Source: Malacoraja senta
Taxonomy: Eukaryota
Direction: 5' to 3'
Assembly (NCBI GenBank): GCA_038087875.1
Contig: CM075993.1
Coordinates: 1,552,001 to 1,616,000 of the forward strand
Length of the DNA: 64,000 nucleotides
How positions within the stretch are numbered: the first letter of the stretch is position 1; each line of letters opens with the position of its first letter. The position numbers were made by a program, and so were the translations under genes. Positions 11,568-23,190 of the stretch are shown one piece after another. The notes under the pieces are model-generated. The model worked only from the letters and a program-made list of their open reading frames with translations, did no database searches and was not told the origin of the DNA.

Positions 11568-14500
11568 CAAGACGAAGTTTTGCACAAGAATGCCACAGAA
11601 CATTCAACAAGTCTGGGTAGATTTTGGGCAGTTGCTTAAGGGAGAGCAGCTTGATCAGTCTCGAGGAACATCGTTGTAGTTTCAGCTCACTTTGTAGCTT
11701 CTTCTCCTCCGAAAGAGTTGTCGGTCGCAGTTCTATTTTGTGCTCCTGAAAAACTTGATCAATCATCGCTCCCTTGAGGCTATGAAAGAGTTTCTCCTTC
11801 ACTAAATATATTGGAATAAAGAAAGCACCTGCCCTTATTACATGGGGAAATGGGCAGTTTCTGGTGAAATGGTAGGTCTCCAGTTGAGAAAGCAGTTTTT
11901 GCATGGTTGGTTGAACATGTCCATAGGCGAGCCAAATCTCCTGTGATTTTGACATCTTTACTCCCTCACTGTTTCTCGTAGTAGTCTTAGACTTCAGTGA
12001 AGATCTCAATTTAGGATTTTCCTGGCCATGCTTCTGCGTTTCAATGTCCTGTAAACATGCGCGCAAAACCTCTTCAGAGGTTTCCGCCATAGACCCTGCA
12101 ATCATGTCACACAGGGACCGATGAAGACTCAGAAAGTGATTGTAACTGTCATTCTCATTCTGCATTGATTCTCCATTACTGGGTACACTGGGTTGGATTT
12201 CACAAGGAGACCTCCTAACTTCTGGAACAGGACTCGGTGCCAATTTGGGCTCATTAGGCATGATTAGCTTCAGAGGTCTCAGAAATAATTTCAATGGATC
12301 AATCGATCCAAGTAAACTAAATTTTGTAGCATCAATAGAGTCTGGAAGAGTAGGATTGGATCCATCCATTACAACAGGGACTGGTCTCAGTATTTTATAT
12401 TTATTCAGTTCCAATGTGAGGGCAATATGGCTAACTGCACTGCTGGTGACAGGGGTTTTAATTATTGTTTGCACATTGTTATCAGATTGTGCTTCAACTT
12501 CTGGTTTCCTCTTATGACTCTCAGATTCTGCAGTATTTTGCTGCTTTTCGGTTGATACTTCCTCGCTCTTCAATTCCTCTCTGGACTCGCTGGAACCTGA
12601 AGGCAGTGCGAGCTGAGTGTCATCCACTTTGCTTTTTGGTGCTTCCGTATTACTCGTGGACTCTCCGGCACTAACGTTCTCCTCTTCTTGCATTTCTTCA
12701 GCACATTCCCATTCTTCCTCAGATCCGCGGGAAGCTGAGAACTGTTGCGGAGCGACATCCACAGGCTGATTTTTATTCTTAATGCTGAGGTCTAAGGCTG
12801 ACTCGGCATCTGTTTTGGTCACCTCACCAGGCTTTCCAGCGCTATGGTCAAATCCTTGGCTTGCTGTACAGCTGCTGCTCGATTGATGGCCAACATTTAG
12901 AATCCTGAGGTTAGGAGACAATTTAATGTCTTGTCGTTGTACGTCTGTGGAACTCTTCTCATTTTCTGCTTTCCTTGGATGTTTTCCTGATAAGTCTTCA
13001 TTGCTAGTGACCCCTGTGCAGTTAGAAGGGCTGCTTTGCTTTAATTCAGCGTCTTTGCATTGTAATTCACTGGTGCCCATTGAAAGTTGTACAGGGGTTT
13101 GCTTAAGTAAGTCGGGGTTCACAACCCCAGCATAGCCAAAATGCTTCATTTTCTTTTCCGAAGAACATGAACAGTGTAAAGATTTATTGGAATCTGACTG
13201 ACATTTTTGACACCTTGAGAAAAACAGGCCTGTGGCTTCCAGATACGATCTGTAAGGTGCCAAACTGAACACATTATTAATAACAGGCATAGGCGGGGAA
13301 GGAGCAGAGAGTCTCTTGTCTTCCCTTGACGAGGTGGGAGATTGGAAATTAAGCTCCAATATTCTTCTGTTTGGACTAATATTGTAACTCTTTGGAGAGT
13401 CATCCTGTCCAGAATCCACCAGCTTGTTATTAACAATTTCATTCTCTTTACTGAAAGTTGAAATACCATGATTACTAATAGGTGAACTATCAATGCTTGG
13501 GTGCCGTTCATGCATATAAATGTCCTTTGGTCTTTGATCTGCAGGGGAGACTGCAGCCGGTCTCTCGAATGCCCCCTTCAAATGTTTTCCAGAGAGTACT
13601 GGTTGAAAGGCACTGTGTTTGCTGATTAGCTGATGCTGGCCAATATATTCCTTATTGGGAAGAGAGTTTAATGAATCGTAACATCGTTTGTCTGTATGTG
13701 CCTCAACAATAACACGCGGCCTGAAGAGCAGGATATCCGATGAAGGCAGTTTTCCGTTTGCTGGATCGTGGTGAGATGGGGAAACATTTTTTCGAGAGGG
13801 GCTGTGTAAGTCCAGCTGTCCCGGTTGTGTCCCGGATTCCAAGCCCGGTTGAATCAAAGGACCTGTCAGGGGGATGCCTTTCTGCACTGGAGGGGAATGA
13901 ACTGGATACTCAGAATGCTGTTGATAAAGGTTTCCTGAGCATAGCTGACCTACAAACGTGGAAGCGGCTCCAGGTATCCGCCCGACTGTGCCTTGAATTG
14001 AGGGGTATGGGCAACCACTTGTCTGTGCTCTGTAGCCATGTGGATGCAGCAACGCGTAGGGACCTGCATTTTGCTGATTTAAAATAGTGTTTTGAGAGTG
14101 AACAACTTTTGGCTGAATTAGCATTGGATACTTTGGAGGTGACAACTTCTCACAGTAGAACGGTGGCTGCGGCTGTTGCCGTTCGCTTGTTGAATATGGG
14201 TGCAAAGGAGGTTTTTGGAAGTTATGGAGGCTGTGGACAGATGCCTGGCTTGGCATGTTTCCGTATTGTAGCACAGAATATCTGGGATCTTGAAGAACAT
14301 TCCTACTGTATGCACCATATCCTTGACACAGTGGTGACTGTAGTCCGGCTAGGCTTCCAGTTTCTTTGGAGATTCTGTCTGCAGAACTAGGCTGTGCATT
14401 GCTAGGTCCATGAGGCAATAATTTATTTTTCAAAAGAGGATTACCATACTGCTGAGTATGTATCAATTGATCATTATTTGCAATTAAACAGCTTGAAGTA

Positions 14501-15162
14501 ACCGGAGTTGTCATTCTCCATTCAGTTTCCCGTGCTCGTCGGTGAAAATGATCTGCCGAATTTTCCAAAGAGCAACCAGACCCGGAGCAGCAAATGCTAC
14601 CTCTATATACAGGTTGCGGAAATGCTACATTTCCGCAGTTATGGACCGTAGGTAATGTAGACGCCATTAAGGTATGTTTCCCAGCGGCAGATGGGCAGTG
14701 TATACCCGAGGGGGTCTGAGCATTCCTCAAGCTCTTTTGTCGTTCAACAAAAGTGACCCACTTTGACCGAACATTCATCAGGTCCTTGACCAAATCATGT
14801 TTATCTTTCTCATTTGCAGATCGCTGATACGTTGGGGATGGAACTTCGGGTTCAGTCCGATACAAATGGTTGCCAAGATGAGCATCATCAGTAGCTCGCG
14901 ACTGGGCAGAGAGATTACTCATGCTTTGTAAATAGGCTCGCGACGGACTCCAGATTCCCGAGTTGTCGGTTCCATCTCGATTTCTAAGATGATATGCTAA
15001 ATAAGATCCAGTGTATTTAAGGGAGTTTTCTTGTGCATAAGTGGGAAACGGGCTGGGTTTAGAAATCTCTACTGATAATTCACTGGGTTTGTTGTCCAGT
15101 CGAGGCATCTTGCTACAAATGACAGAATCCATGCATTCAAGATTTCTTTTATTGGCCATCAT
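11568..15162 (-). CDS. C15orf39: C15orf39 homologue, large coding exon (exon about 15205-11568, ATG at 15162)
   Basis: Open frame of >1190 codons containing PPMPVINNVFSLAPY, ALDLS and CPFPHVIRAGAFFIPIYLVKEKLF...IELRPTTLSEEK, blocks I recognise from the C15orf39 (DUF5525) family. Polypyrimidine tract plus AG acceptor at 15207-15206; phase-1 donor TTG|GTAAGT at 11567. Confidence 0.88.
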
Positions 15163-15499
15163 GATCCTCGCCGGCTTTTATCTCCTCCAGTAAAAGGTAA
15201 AAGGCCTTAACCAAAACAAAAAGAGAGAAAGAACATTAAAAACATCAAGCAACATTCTATCATGGTTAAAATAAATGCAGAATACATGTGATACAGTGTG
15301 CCAACTGGAAGTTAATTGGTGAATGTATGCACAGATATAACCAATGCAATATTAGAAACGAAGAGAAATAAAAAAATAAAGCTGGAAATGCGAGAGATAC
15401 AAGATGAACCGATTCTCTGAAATTATTGAATTCCTAGTTTGAGGACAAAGTTGTATGATTGCAGCCAAAAAATTGAAGGGAACTAATCAAAAGCGCAAG

Positions 15500-15811
15500 T
15501 TGACGCAGCGGTAGAGTTGCTGCCTTACAGCGCTTGCAGCGCTAGAGACCCAGGTTTGATCCAGACTACGGGTGCTGTCTGTACGGAGTTTGTACGTTCT
15601 CTCCGTGGCCGCATGGGTTTTCTCCGAGATCTTCGGTTTCCTCCCGCACTCCAAAGACGTACAGGTTTTGTAGGTTAATTGGTTTGGTGTGAGTATAAGA
15701 TTGTCCCTAGTGTGTGTAGGATAGTGTTAATGTGTGGGGATCGCTGGTCGGTGCGGACTCGGTGGGCCGAAGGGTCTGTTTCCGCGTTGTAACTCGAAAC
15801 TAAACTTAACT
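15500..15811 (+). mobile_element. HE1-like V-SINE
   Basis: Same family consensus as 324-625. Confidence 0.85.
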
Positions 15812-16711
15812 TGAGAAGTATTTAGAAGTGTTCTGGTGCCCAATTGTGGGAAACTCACAAATTACATTGTATACACCAAAGTTCACATTCACTATTAGAT
15901 AAGACAATGTTATTTTTTTAATGCACTATAAAGCTCTGAACTCTTATATTTTGTAATAAAGGGACATGTGCAAAAGTGTCACTTATATTTCAACCTGAAT
16001 ACAGTGAACAGAAGTGCTTATCTGACACCTCATAGGAATGCGTTACCCTGGAGTCACATTTAATGGACTGCTCTACTAGGTTGAAATTAATCAGCATTAT
16101 GCAGACATGTATCCCATGTACAATTTACATTGAAGCCAAAAAACAGAAATGATCCGTACTAGTACGTTTCAGGCATGTCAAAAACTTATTTGGAAGCAAA
16201 ATCCAAAAAACACTTTTCTTCTCCGGTTCAAATGCCTATTTTAAAATTAGGAAACCTAAATATCGATGTGTAGCCACAGAGATTGGATTTGGAAAATCAT
16301 TTCATGCAAAATGAAAACTATGCATTGTAAAACTCTTCGGAGCTAGATTATTGGCAAAGACTAAACATTGCGCAAAACCCTAATCTTAAACAAGTTATCA
16401 TTCACGCCACCTGTTTTTATTATACATGGGATGCATATCTATAGGTCACAGCTCCCCGTTAATGAAGGGGATTTGCCAGTACTCAATCGATCCCTGTTCA
16501 GGATCTCAAATTGAAATACTGATTCACCACCTTACAAAAGTGTGTTGTTTTACCATGAGTTTATATAAATTTCATGGGGAGTGTAATTGTTCAACAATAA
16601 TGCCAGTAGAAAAATAAACAGATCTCTACTGTCTCCTCAGATGTTGTACGACAATTGACTGTTGTGTACAAAAGGATTTTGTGTGATCATGCTGTAATGC
16701 ACTTTTAAACA

Positions 16712-16743
16712 TGCAGGATTTTCTAACTACCGCCAGGTGGCAG
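16712..16743 (+). promoter_or_regulatory. Candidate CTCF site (core plus upstream motif) in intron 1
   Basis: CCGCCAGGTGGCAG at 16730-16743 fits the CTCF core; TGCAG starts 18 nt before it. Confidence 0.55.
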
Positions 16744-17230
16744 AATTACCAAAGACTTCCACTCAGTCTTGCCACAATGTCCTTTCACTATAGGAGGTGA
16801 CCACTTGATGGTTAGCATGGTGAAATTTATGGTTTTCAGTTGCACAATCTCGAGAAACAACCATGCGATTTATTCAATCAGTTTGTTTGAAAAATTCCTA
16901 CGTTTATTCAAGAATTATCGTTGGGCTACAGAGGATTAATTCTCATCAGCAACCAAAAGCAGCGACTTCCAACTTCAAAGACACTTAATCATAAAATGTA
17001 CACTGAGCAGTAGATAACATTAGATCATGTGCAGAAGTTTCTCCCCCCACGCAATAGATTCTAGCCACGTTACAAAACACACAATGATATCCACCATCTA
17101 AAAACAAATACTCCAGAATTTGATATACAGCTTGACACTGAATACACAGCTACATAAATCTTGGATTTGTATGATACATTTTGCATCCCTTGATCTTCCC
17201 CTACTTATAACAACCTTTGGTAAACATGTA

Positions 17231-17331
17231 CACAAAAATGCTGGAGAAACTCAGCGGGTGCAGCAGCATCTACGGAGCGAAGGAAATAGGCAACGTTTCG
17301 GGCCGAAACCCTTCTTCAGACTGATAAAGTC
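17231..17331 (-). mobile_element. ~100-nt Penelope-terminus mini-element with 13-bp TSD
   Basis: TGGTAAACATGTA at 17218-17230 and 17332-17344. Confidence 0.8.
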
Positions 17332-17767
17332 TGGTAAACATGTAGCTGAATAAGAATACATTTGGTAAACATGTAGCTGAATAAGAATCTCTAAGCTGTT
17401 AATAGCGCATGTTAAAAGTCATCACAACAGCAGAAACAATTAAAATATGCTGCACGTACCATCAGTGTTCTTTACTGACATGGTCCATCATTAATTCCAC
17501 AATTGAAAGTCAGATACAAACACCAGTTCATTAGAAACTTTAAGGGACACGACCTACATCCAGTGTGCACTGCTGCTGAGGCAATAACAAATGGAAATGC
17601 TCTGGTGCTGTCTGCTGCCTATTTGGCAAAGGAAACAGACTTGTGACAATCACTGCATAATCAGCCAATAACCAGCTGCCAAGTACGCTTTTTTTTTAAG
17701 AGCAGCTATCAAGAGATTGCAAATATTTTAATCTACTGATCTCTATTAATCTAAGTACAGTGGTTCA

Positions 17768-17806
17768 ATCGTGTACCAACAAGTAATTTACACGTTTAAG
17801 ATAATG

Positions 17807-17848
<42 letters not shown>

Positions 17849-17887
17849 CATTATCTTAAACGTGTAAATTACTTGTTGGTACACGAT
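17768..17887. repeat. Perfect 120-bp palindrome with (TA)n centre
   Basis: ATCGTGTACCAACAAG...ATAATGTT, (AT)n, AACATTAT...CTTGTTGGTACACGAT. Confidence 0.95.
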
Positions 17888-18996
17888 ATATATATCCTTG
17901 ACATAGCAATTAGTATAATTTGAATGTTTTCTCCGTGCATTCAATGAGTTCAAGCGACAGGTTTTAATCTTGGAGCACTAATAACAGTAAGATCATGTTT
18001 AACTTTCAATGCTTGCCAGGTGGACAGCTCATAACCTACAACATTTCAGTGCAGGAACAGGTCTTTTGGCCCAAATGTCTGTGCGGAACAATCTCATCTG
18101 CCTGCATATGATCCATATCCCTCCATTCCCTTTATATTCATGTTCCTATCTAAAAGCCTCTTAAGCTACGCTATTGTATCTGCCACATTTTTTGCTGGGG
18201 TTGGTTCCCTCCCTCTCCTCCCCTCTCACATATATACACGGACGAAATTCTGTAATTATCTCAAACCTCTCCCACACATAAAAGCGCACAAAAAAATTCT
18301 GTAATTACCACAAAACTCGGCAAAGAATGAAGTCCACTCGCTGAGCCAGTCACTGAAGTTATTTCAAAGTTATATTAACTTAAAAGGGGTCTATATTTAA
18401 CATTTTGGTTGAAGCTAATATTCATAAGGACTGCTTTCTTGAAGAAATGAAGACACAGAAATGAAGACACAGTCGATGCAACACGAAGGTTAATTTGGAT
18501 GAAAACCCAAGGGTAAATGCCAATATTTCCCAATTTGGCACACTGATTATTGGGATTAAATCAACTGTTCAATATAAAATGAATGAAGTGATAAAGGCAT
18601 TTAAAATACCAGGTTTATTATCACAATTCTCTCTGCATCTTCATAATGACAAATGACAAAATCCATGGGAGGGGAGGTGATGGACAAACAAAGGAATTAA
18701 CTGCCACTGATTAAAACAAGCAGAAGCCACTTTGTATTACATTTTATTATCCCTGTCATAGTTTTACATGGGCACAAAATGCTGAAGTAACTCAGCGGGA
18801 CCGGCAGCATCTCTGGTGAGAAGGAATGGGTGACGTTTGGGGTCGAGACCCTTCTTCAGACTGGGAGTCAGGGGCGAGTGAGACAGAGATAAGGAAGGGT
18901 AAAGTGTGCGAAAACAAGACATCAAAAGAGATGGAGATCAAGGAAAATGTAGAATAGATCATTGTTAGCTCGGAGAAGGTGACAACAAAGCAAACA

Positions 18997-19523
18997 TAGA
19001 AACATTGAAAATAGGTGCAGGAGTAGGCCATTCGGCCCTTCGAGCCTGCACCGCCATTCAATATGATCATGGCTGATCATCCAACTCAGTATCCTGTACC
19101 TGCTTTCTCTTCATACCCCCTGGTCCCTTTAGCCACAAGGGCCACATCTAACTCCCTCTTAAATATAGCCAATGAACTGGCCTCAACTACCTTCTGTGGC
19201 AGAGTTCCAGAGATTCACCACTCTCTGTGTGAAAAATGTTTTCCTCATCTCGGTCCTGAAAGATTTCCCCCTTATCCTTAAACTGTGACCCCTTGTTCTG
19301 GACTTCCCCAACATCGGGAACAATCTTCCTGCATCTAGCCTGTCCAACCCCTTAAGAATTTTGTACGTTTCTATAAGATCCCCCCTCAATCTTCTAAATT
19401 CTAGCGAGTACAAGCCGAGTCTATCCAGTCTTTCTTCATATGAAAGTCCTGACATCCCAGGAATCAGTCTGGTGAACCTTCTCTGTACTCCCTCTATGGC
19501 AAGAATGTCTTTCCTCAGATTAG
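18997..19523 (-). mobile_element. CR1 LINE 3' end nested in a Penelope-derived element (about 18772-19650)
   Basis: ORF 19183-19530 (EGVQRRFTRLIPGM...TRGHSLRI...FFTQRVVNLWN). The host element resumes after CAAACA, which is present on both sides. Confidence 0.85.
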
Positions 19524-20254
19524 ATCTCAAACAGAGATAAAATGTAATCGGGGACAGTCAGACTGGTCGGAGTACTGGGAAGGGGGAGGGACGGAGAGAG
19601 AGGGAATGCAAGGGTAGCTTGAAGTTAGAGGAGCCAATATTCATACATACACATAGCTCTTACATGCCTCAACAACCCTTCAACTCCATCTTACTGGCCC
19701 CTGATCTAACAGCACCTCAATTTTAAAATTCTTATCTCCAAATTGTGGACTCTCAATCATCCTCTATGTTAGTTCATTTGTCTTCAGTTGCTCAAATGCT
19801 GAAATACCCTCCCTGAACCTTTCTGCTGATATCTCCTATCTATTTTAACAGAATCTTGAAAGCCATGCATCATCTGCCCCAATATCTCCAATCGTGTCTA
19901 GTCATCCCGTCGAACTGTTTCGCTCATAGTTCCAGCACCTGCAGTCCCGTGTGGTTCCTTGTGATATGAACTTGTTCTCCTGTTGAGAATGGAGTTACCA
20001 CAAAGACTTCCAGTAAAGAGTGGTTACCCCCAAGAGAACATTTCAATAGGTTGCTGGTGATGTGGAAGGTCAAGCCTACTTAAAACATGTCAGATGTCTC
20101 ACCACAACTTCTATCTACCTTCACAGCAATGAAGCTTAACAAGGAACCTCCGATTACATTGTTAGGGATTATTCACGGGATGTAAAATAAATGTGGAACT
20201 ATTGTGGAAATCCTCCCACCGAAGAAATAAAAAAGTCACATACAACAAATATAC

Positions 20255-21035
20255 CTCCGATATTTTCGCCACCTCCAACGTGATCCCACCACTTGCCACA
20301 TCTTCCCATCTCCTCCCCTGTCTGTTTTCCAGAGACCGCTCCCCCCGTAACTCCCTGGTCAATTCGTCCATTCCCACCCGAACCACCCCCTCTCCAGGCA
20401 CTTTCCCTTGCAACCGCAGGAAATGCTACACTTGTCGCTTTACCTCCCCCCTTGACTCCATTCAAGGACCCAAGCAGTCTTTCCAGGTGCGGCAGAGGTC
20501 CACCTGCACCTCCTCTAACCTCATCTATTGCATCCGCCGCTCTAGATGTCAGCTGCTCTACATCGGTGAGACCAAGCGCAGGCTTGGCGATCACTTCGCC
20601 CAACACCTCCGCTTGGTTCGCAATATCCAACCTGATCTCCCGGTGGCTCAGCACTTCAACTCTCCCTCCCATTCCGAATCCGACCTTTCTGTCCTGGGCC
20701 TCCTCCATGGCCAGGGTGAGGACGACCGTAAATTGGTGGAGCAGCACCTCATATATCGCTTGGGCAGTTTGCAGCCCAGCGGTATGAACATTGACTTCTC
20801 TAATTTCAGGTAGTCCCTACTTTCTCCTCCCCTTCTCAGCTCTCCCTCAGCCCACTGTCTCCACCTCTTCCTTTCTTCTTCCTGCCCCCCCCCAACCCTC
20901 ACATCAGTCTGAAGGGTCTCAACCCGAAACGTTGCCTATTTCCTTCGCTCCATAGATGTTGCCTCAACTGCTGAGTTTCTCTAGCATTTTTGTCTACCTT
21001 CGATTTTCCCGCATCTGCAGTTCCTTCTTAAACAT
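20255..21035 (+). mobile_element. Penelope-like element 3' portion (GIY-YIG endonuclease) plus terminal repeat
   Basis: GTFPCNRRKCYTC...NLIYCIR..RC...YIGETKRRLGDHFAQH...PVAQHFN, followed by the pLTR-like terminus. Confidence 0.88.
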
Positions 21036-22205
21036 TGAGTTCCTCTTGCACTTTTTGTCCTTTTAACTGGAAAAATATTTACTGTCTCTCTTTCTTTCTC
21101 TCCACAGCTACTGCCAGACCTGTGGAGTATTTCTAGTATTTTCTGTTGTTATTCCAGAACTCACAATGTTCTACTTTCCAGCATTATTGCTCGTTAGGTG
21201 TTTCTCCAAGTCAGAGTGCTTAGCTAGAGAGTGGTGGCAAAAAGATTCAACCACAACTTTCAAAAAGGAAATTTAAGAAATAACTGAAAGGGGAAATACA
21301 GCACTAGGACACTACAAGCAAATCCTTTTTGGAACATCGTAACTTCCATAAACACATACTGGGGAGCTATGATTATCCTGGGGAGCTATGATATCCACTG
21401 CAGCAGAGGAGCACTGGAGAGGAAAGGGCATGCCTTTGCTTCCAACCACTTGTCAGTTAAAGTAGTCTGAAGAATGGCCTCGACCCAAAAACATTCCATG
21501 TCTTCCAGAGATACTGCCTCTCCTGCTGTGTCCAGCACTATGTCTTCTATACCTCTGATGCCTGGTGTCTATATTTCAATAGACTGGGTATAAACACACA
21601 CTGCATGTGGTGTCATGGGACCATGACGTCAAATGTATCCAGCCATTGCAGCGAGTATATAATCTTGTGATCTCCCCGAGGAATACGTGCTGAATACAGG
21701 GTCTAAGCAGAACACCCTGTACTCAATACACATACTAATATTGATAGCCTACATTCATTTTGTTAATAGAAGATGGAATATCCAAACCTGGGTGAATATC
21801 CAAACTCACACCGTTCTATTCAACCATGATTTCAGTATTTGTTATCCACGTTGACGCTAATCTAGCGATGAATAAAAAAAATTCTCTCTTTCTCTTCAAA
21901 TCCCTCAGGGCCTTGCTCTGACAACACTCTGCAACCACCCTTGGCTCCAAAGCCTCATGTGGATACTTTATTTTAATGGCTCCATCATGAGCACCTGTGG
22001 TTTTAACCTTTTCGTTTTCCTTCTGTAAACTGCCTCAAAACAGCTTCTGGACACATGCTCACACACCTCTTGTGTGGTTCAATATCAAAGTTCACCAGTT
22101 ATAGGAGTAGAATTAGGCCATTCGGCCTATCGAGCACTCCGCCATTCAATCATGGCTGGTCTCTGCCTTCTAATCCCATTTTCCTGCCTTCTCCCCATAA
22201 CCCTT

Positions 22206-22437
22206 TGTCAGAGAAATCAACCGAGGACTCGGACGTATGGAGATCGAGACTTTATTATGTGATGTCACGGAGGAACTGCCGCAGGAGACAGCTCCTCAAG
22301 AGTATTGACGGGCCCGGGTTTATATACTGCTGAAAAAACAAGTGCATGTGCAGACTAGCACCTATCTTAGTTCCAGAAACCCCTTAGTCAGGGAGATGCG
22401 ATTTTATCGAAAACGCCTAAATCACATTACTCCCACA
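22206..22437 (-). mobile_element. Small solo-LTR-like sequence
   Basis: TG...CA ends; minus-strand TATATAAA (about 22326-22319) followed by AATAAA (about 22255-22250). No TSD seen. Confidence 0.4.
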
Positions 22438-22441
22438 TACA

Positions 22442-23190
22442 TAGTTAGGAAAAGGGGAGATGCAACGAGACCTGGGTGTCATGGTACACCAGTCATTGAA
22501 AGTAGGAATGCAGGTGCAGCAGGCAGTGAAGAAAGCAAATGGTATGTTAGCATTCATAGCAAAAGGATTTGAGTATAAGAGCAGGGAGGTTCTACTGCAG
22601 TTGTACAGGGTCTTGGTGAGACCACACCTGGAGTATTGCGTACAGTTTTGGTCTCCTAATCTGAGGAAAGACATTCTTGCCATAGAGGGAGTACAGAGAA
22701 GGTTCACCAGACTGATTCCTGGGATGGCAGGACTTTCATATGAGGAAGACTGGATAGACTCGGCTTGTACACGTTGGAATTCAGAAGACTGAGGGGGGGA
22801 TGTTATAAGAAACTTACAAAATTCTTAAGGGGTTGGACAGGCTAGATGCAGGAAGATTATTCCCGATGTTGGGGAAGTCCAGAACTAGGGGTCGCAGTTT
22901 AAGGATAAGAGGGAAGACTTTTAAAGACCGAGATGAGGAAATCATTTTTTACACAGAGAGTGGTGAATCTGTGGAATTCTCTGCCACAGAAGGTAGTTGA
23001 GGCCAGTTCATTGGCTATATTTAAGAGGGAGTTAGATGTGGCCCCTGTGGCTAAAGGGATCAGGGGGTATGGAGAGAAGGCAGGGATGGGATACTGAGTT
23101 GGATGATCAGCCATGATCATATCAAATGGCGGTGCAGGCTCGAAGGGCCGAATGGCCTACTCCTGCACCTATTTTCTATGTTTCTATGTT
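22442..23190 (+). mobile_element. CR1 LINE 3' fragment with complete 3' UTR and TTCTATGT-repeat tail
   Basis: ORF 22460-22792 carries CR1 motifs; tail TTTTCTATGTTTCTATGTT. Confidence 0.9.

Noticed and set aside
12245..14390. Several + strand and alternative-frame ORFs
   Set aside because: Shadows of the C15orf39 exon with no independent support.
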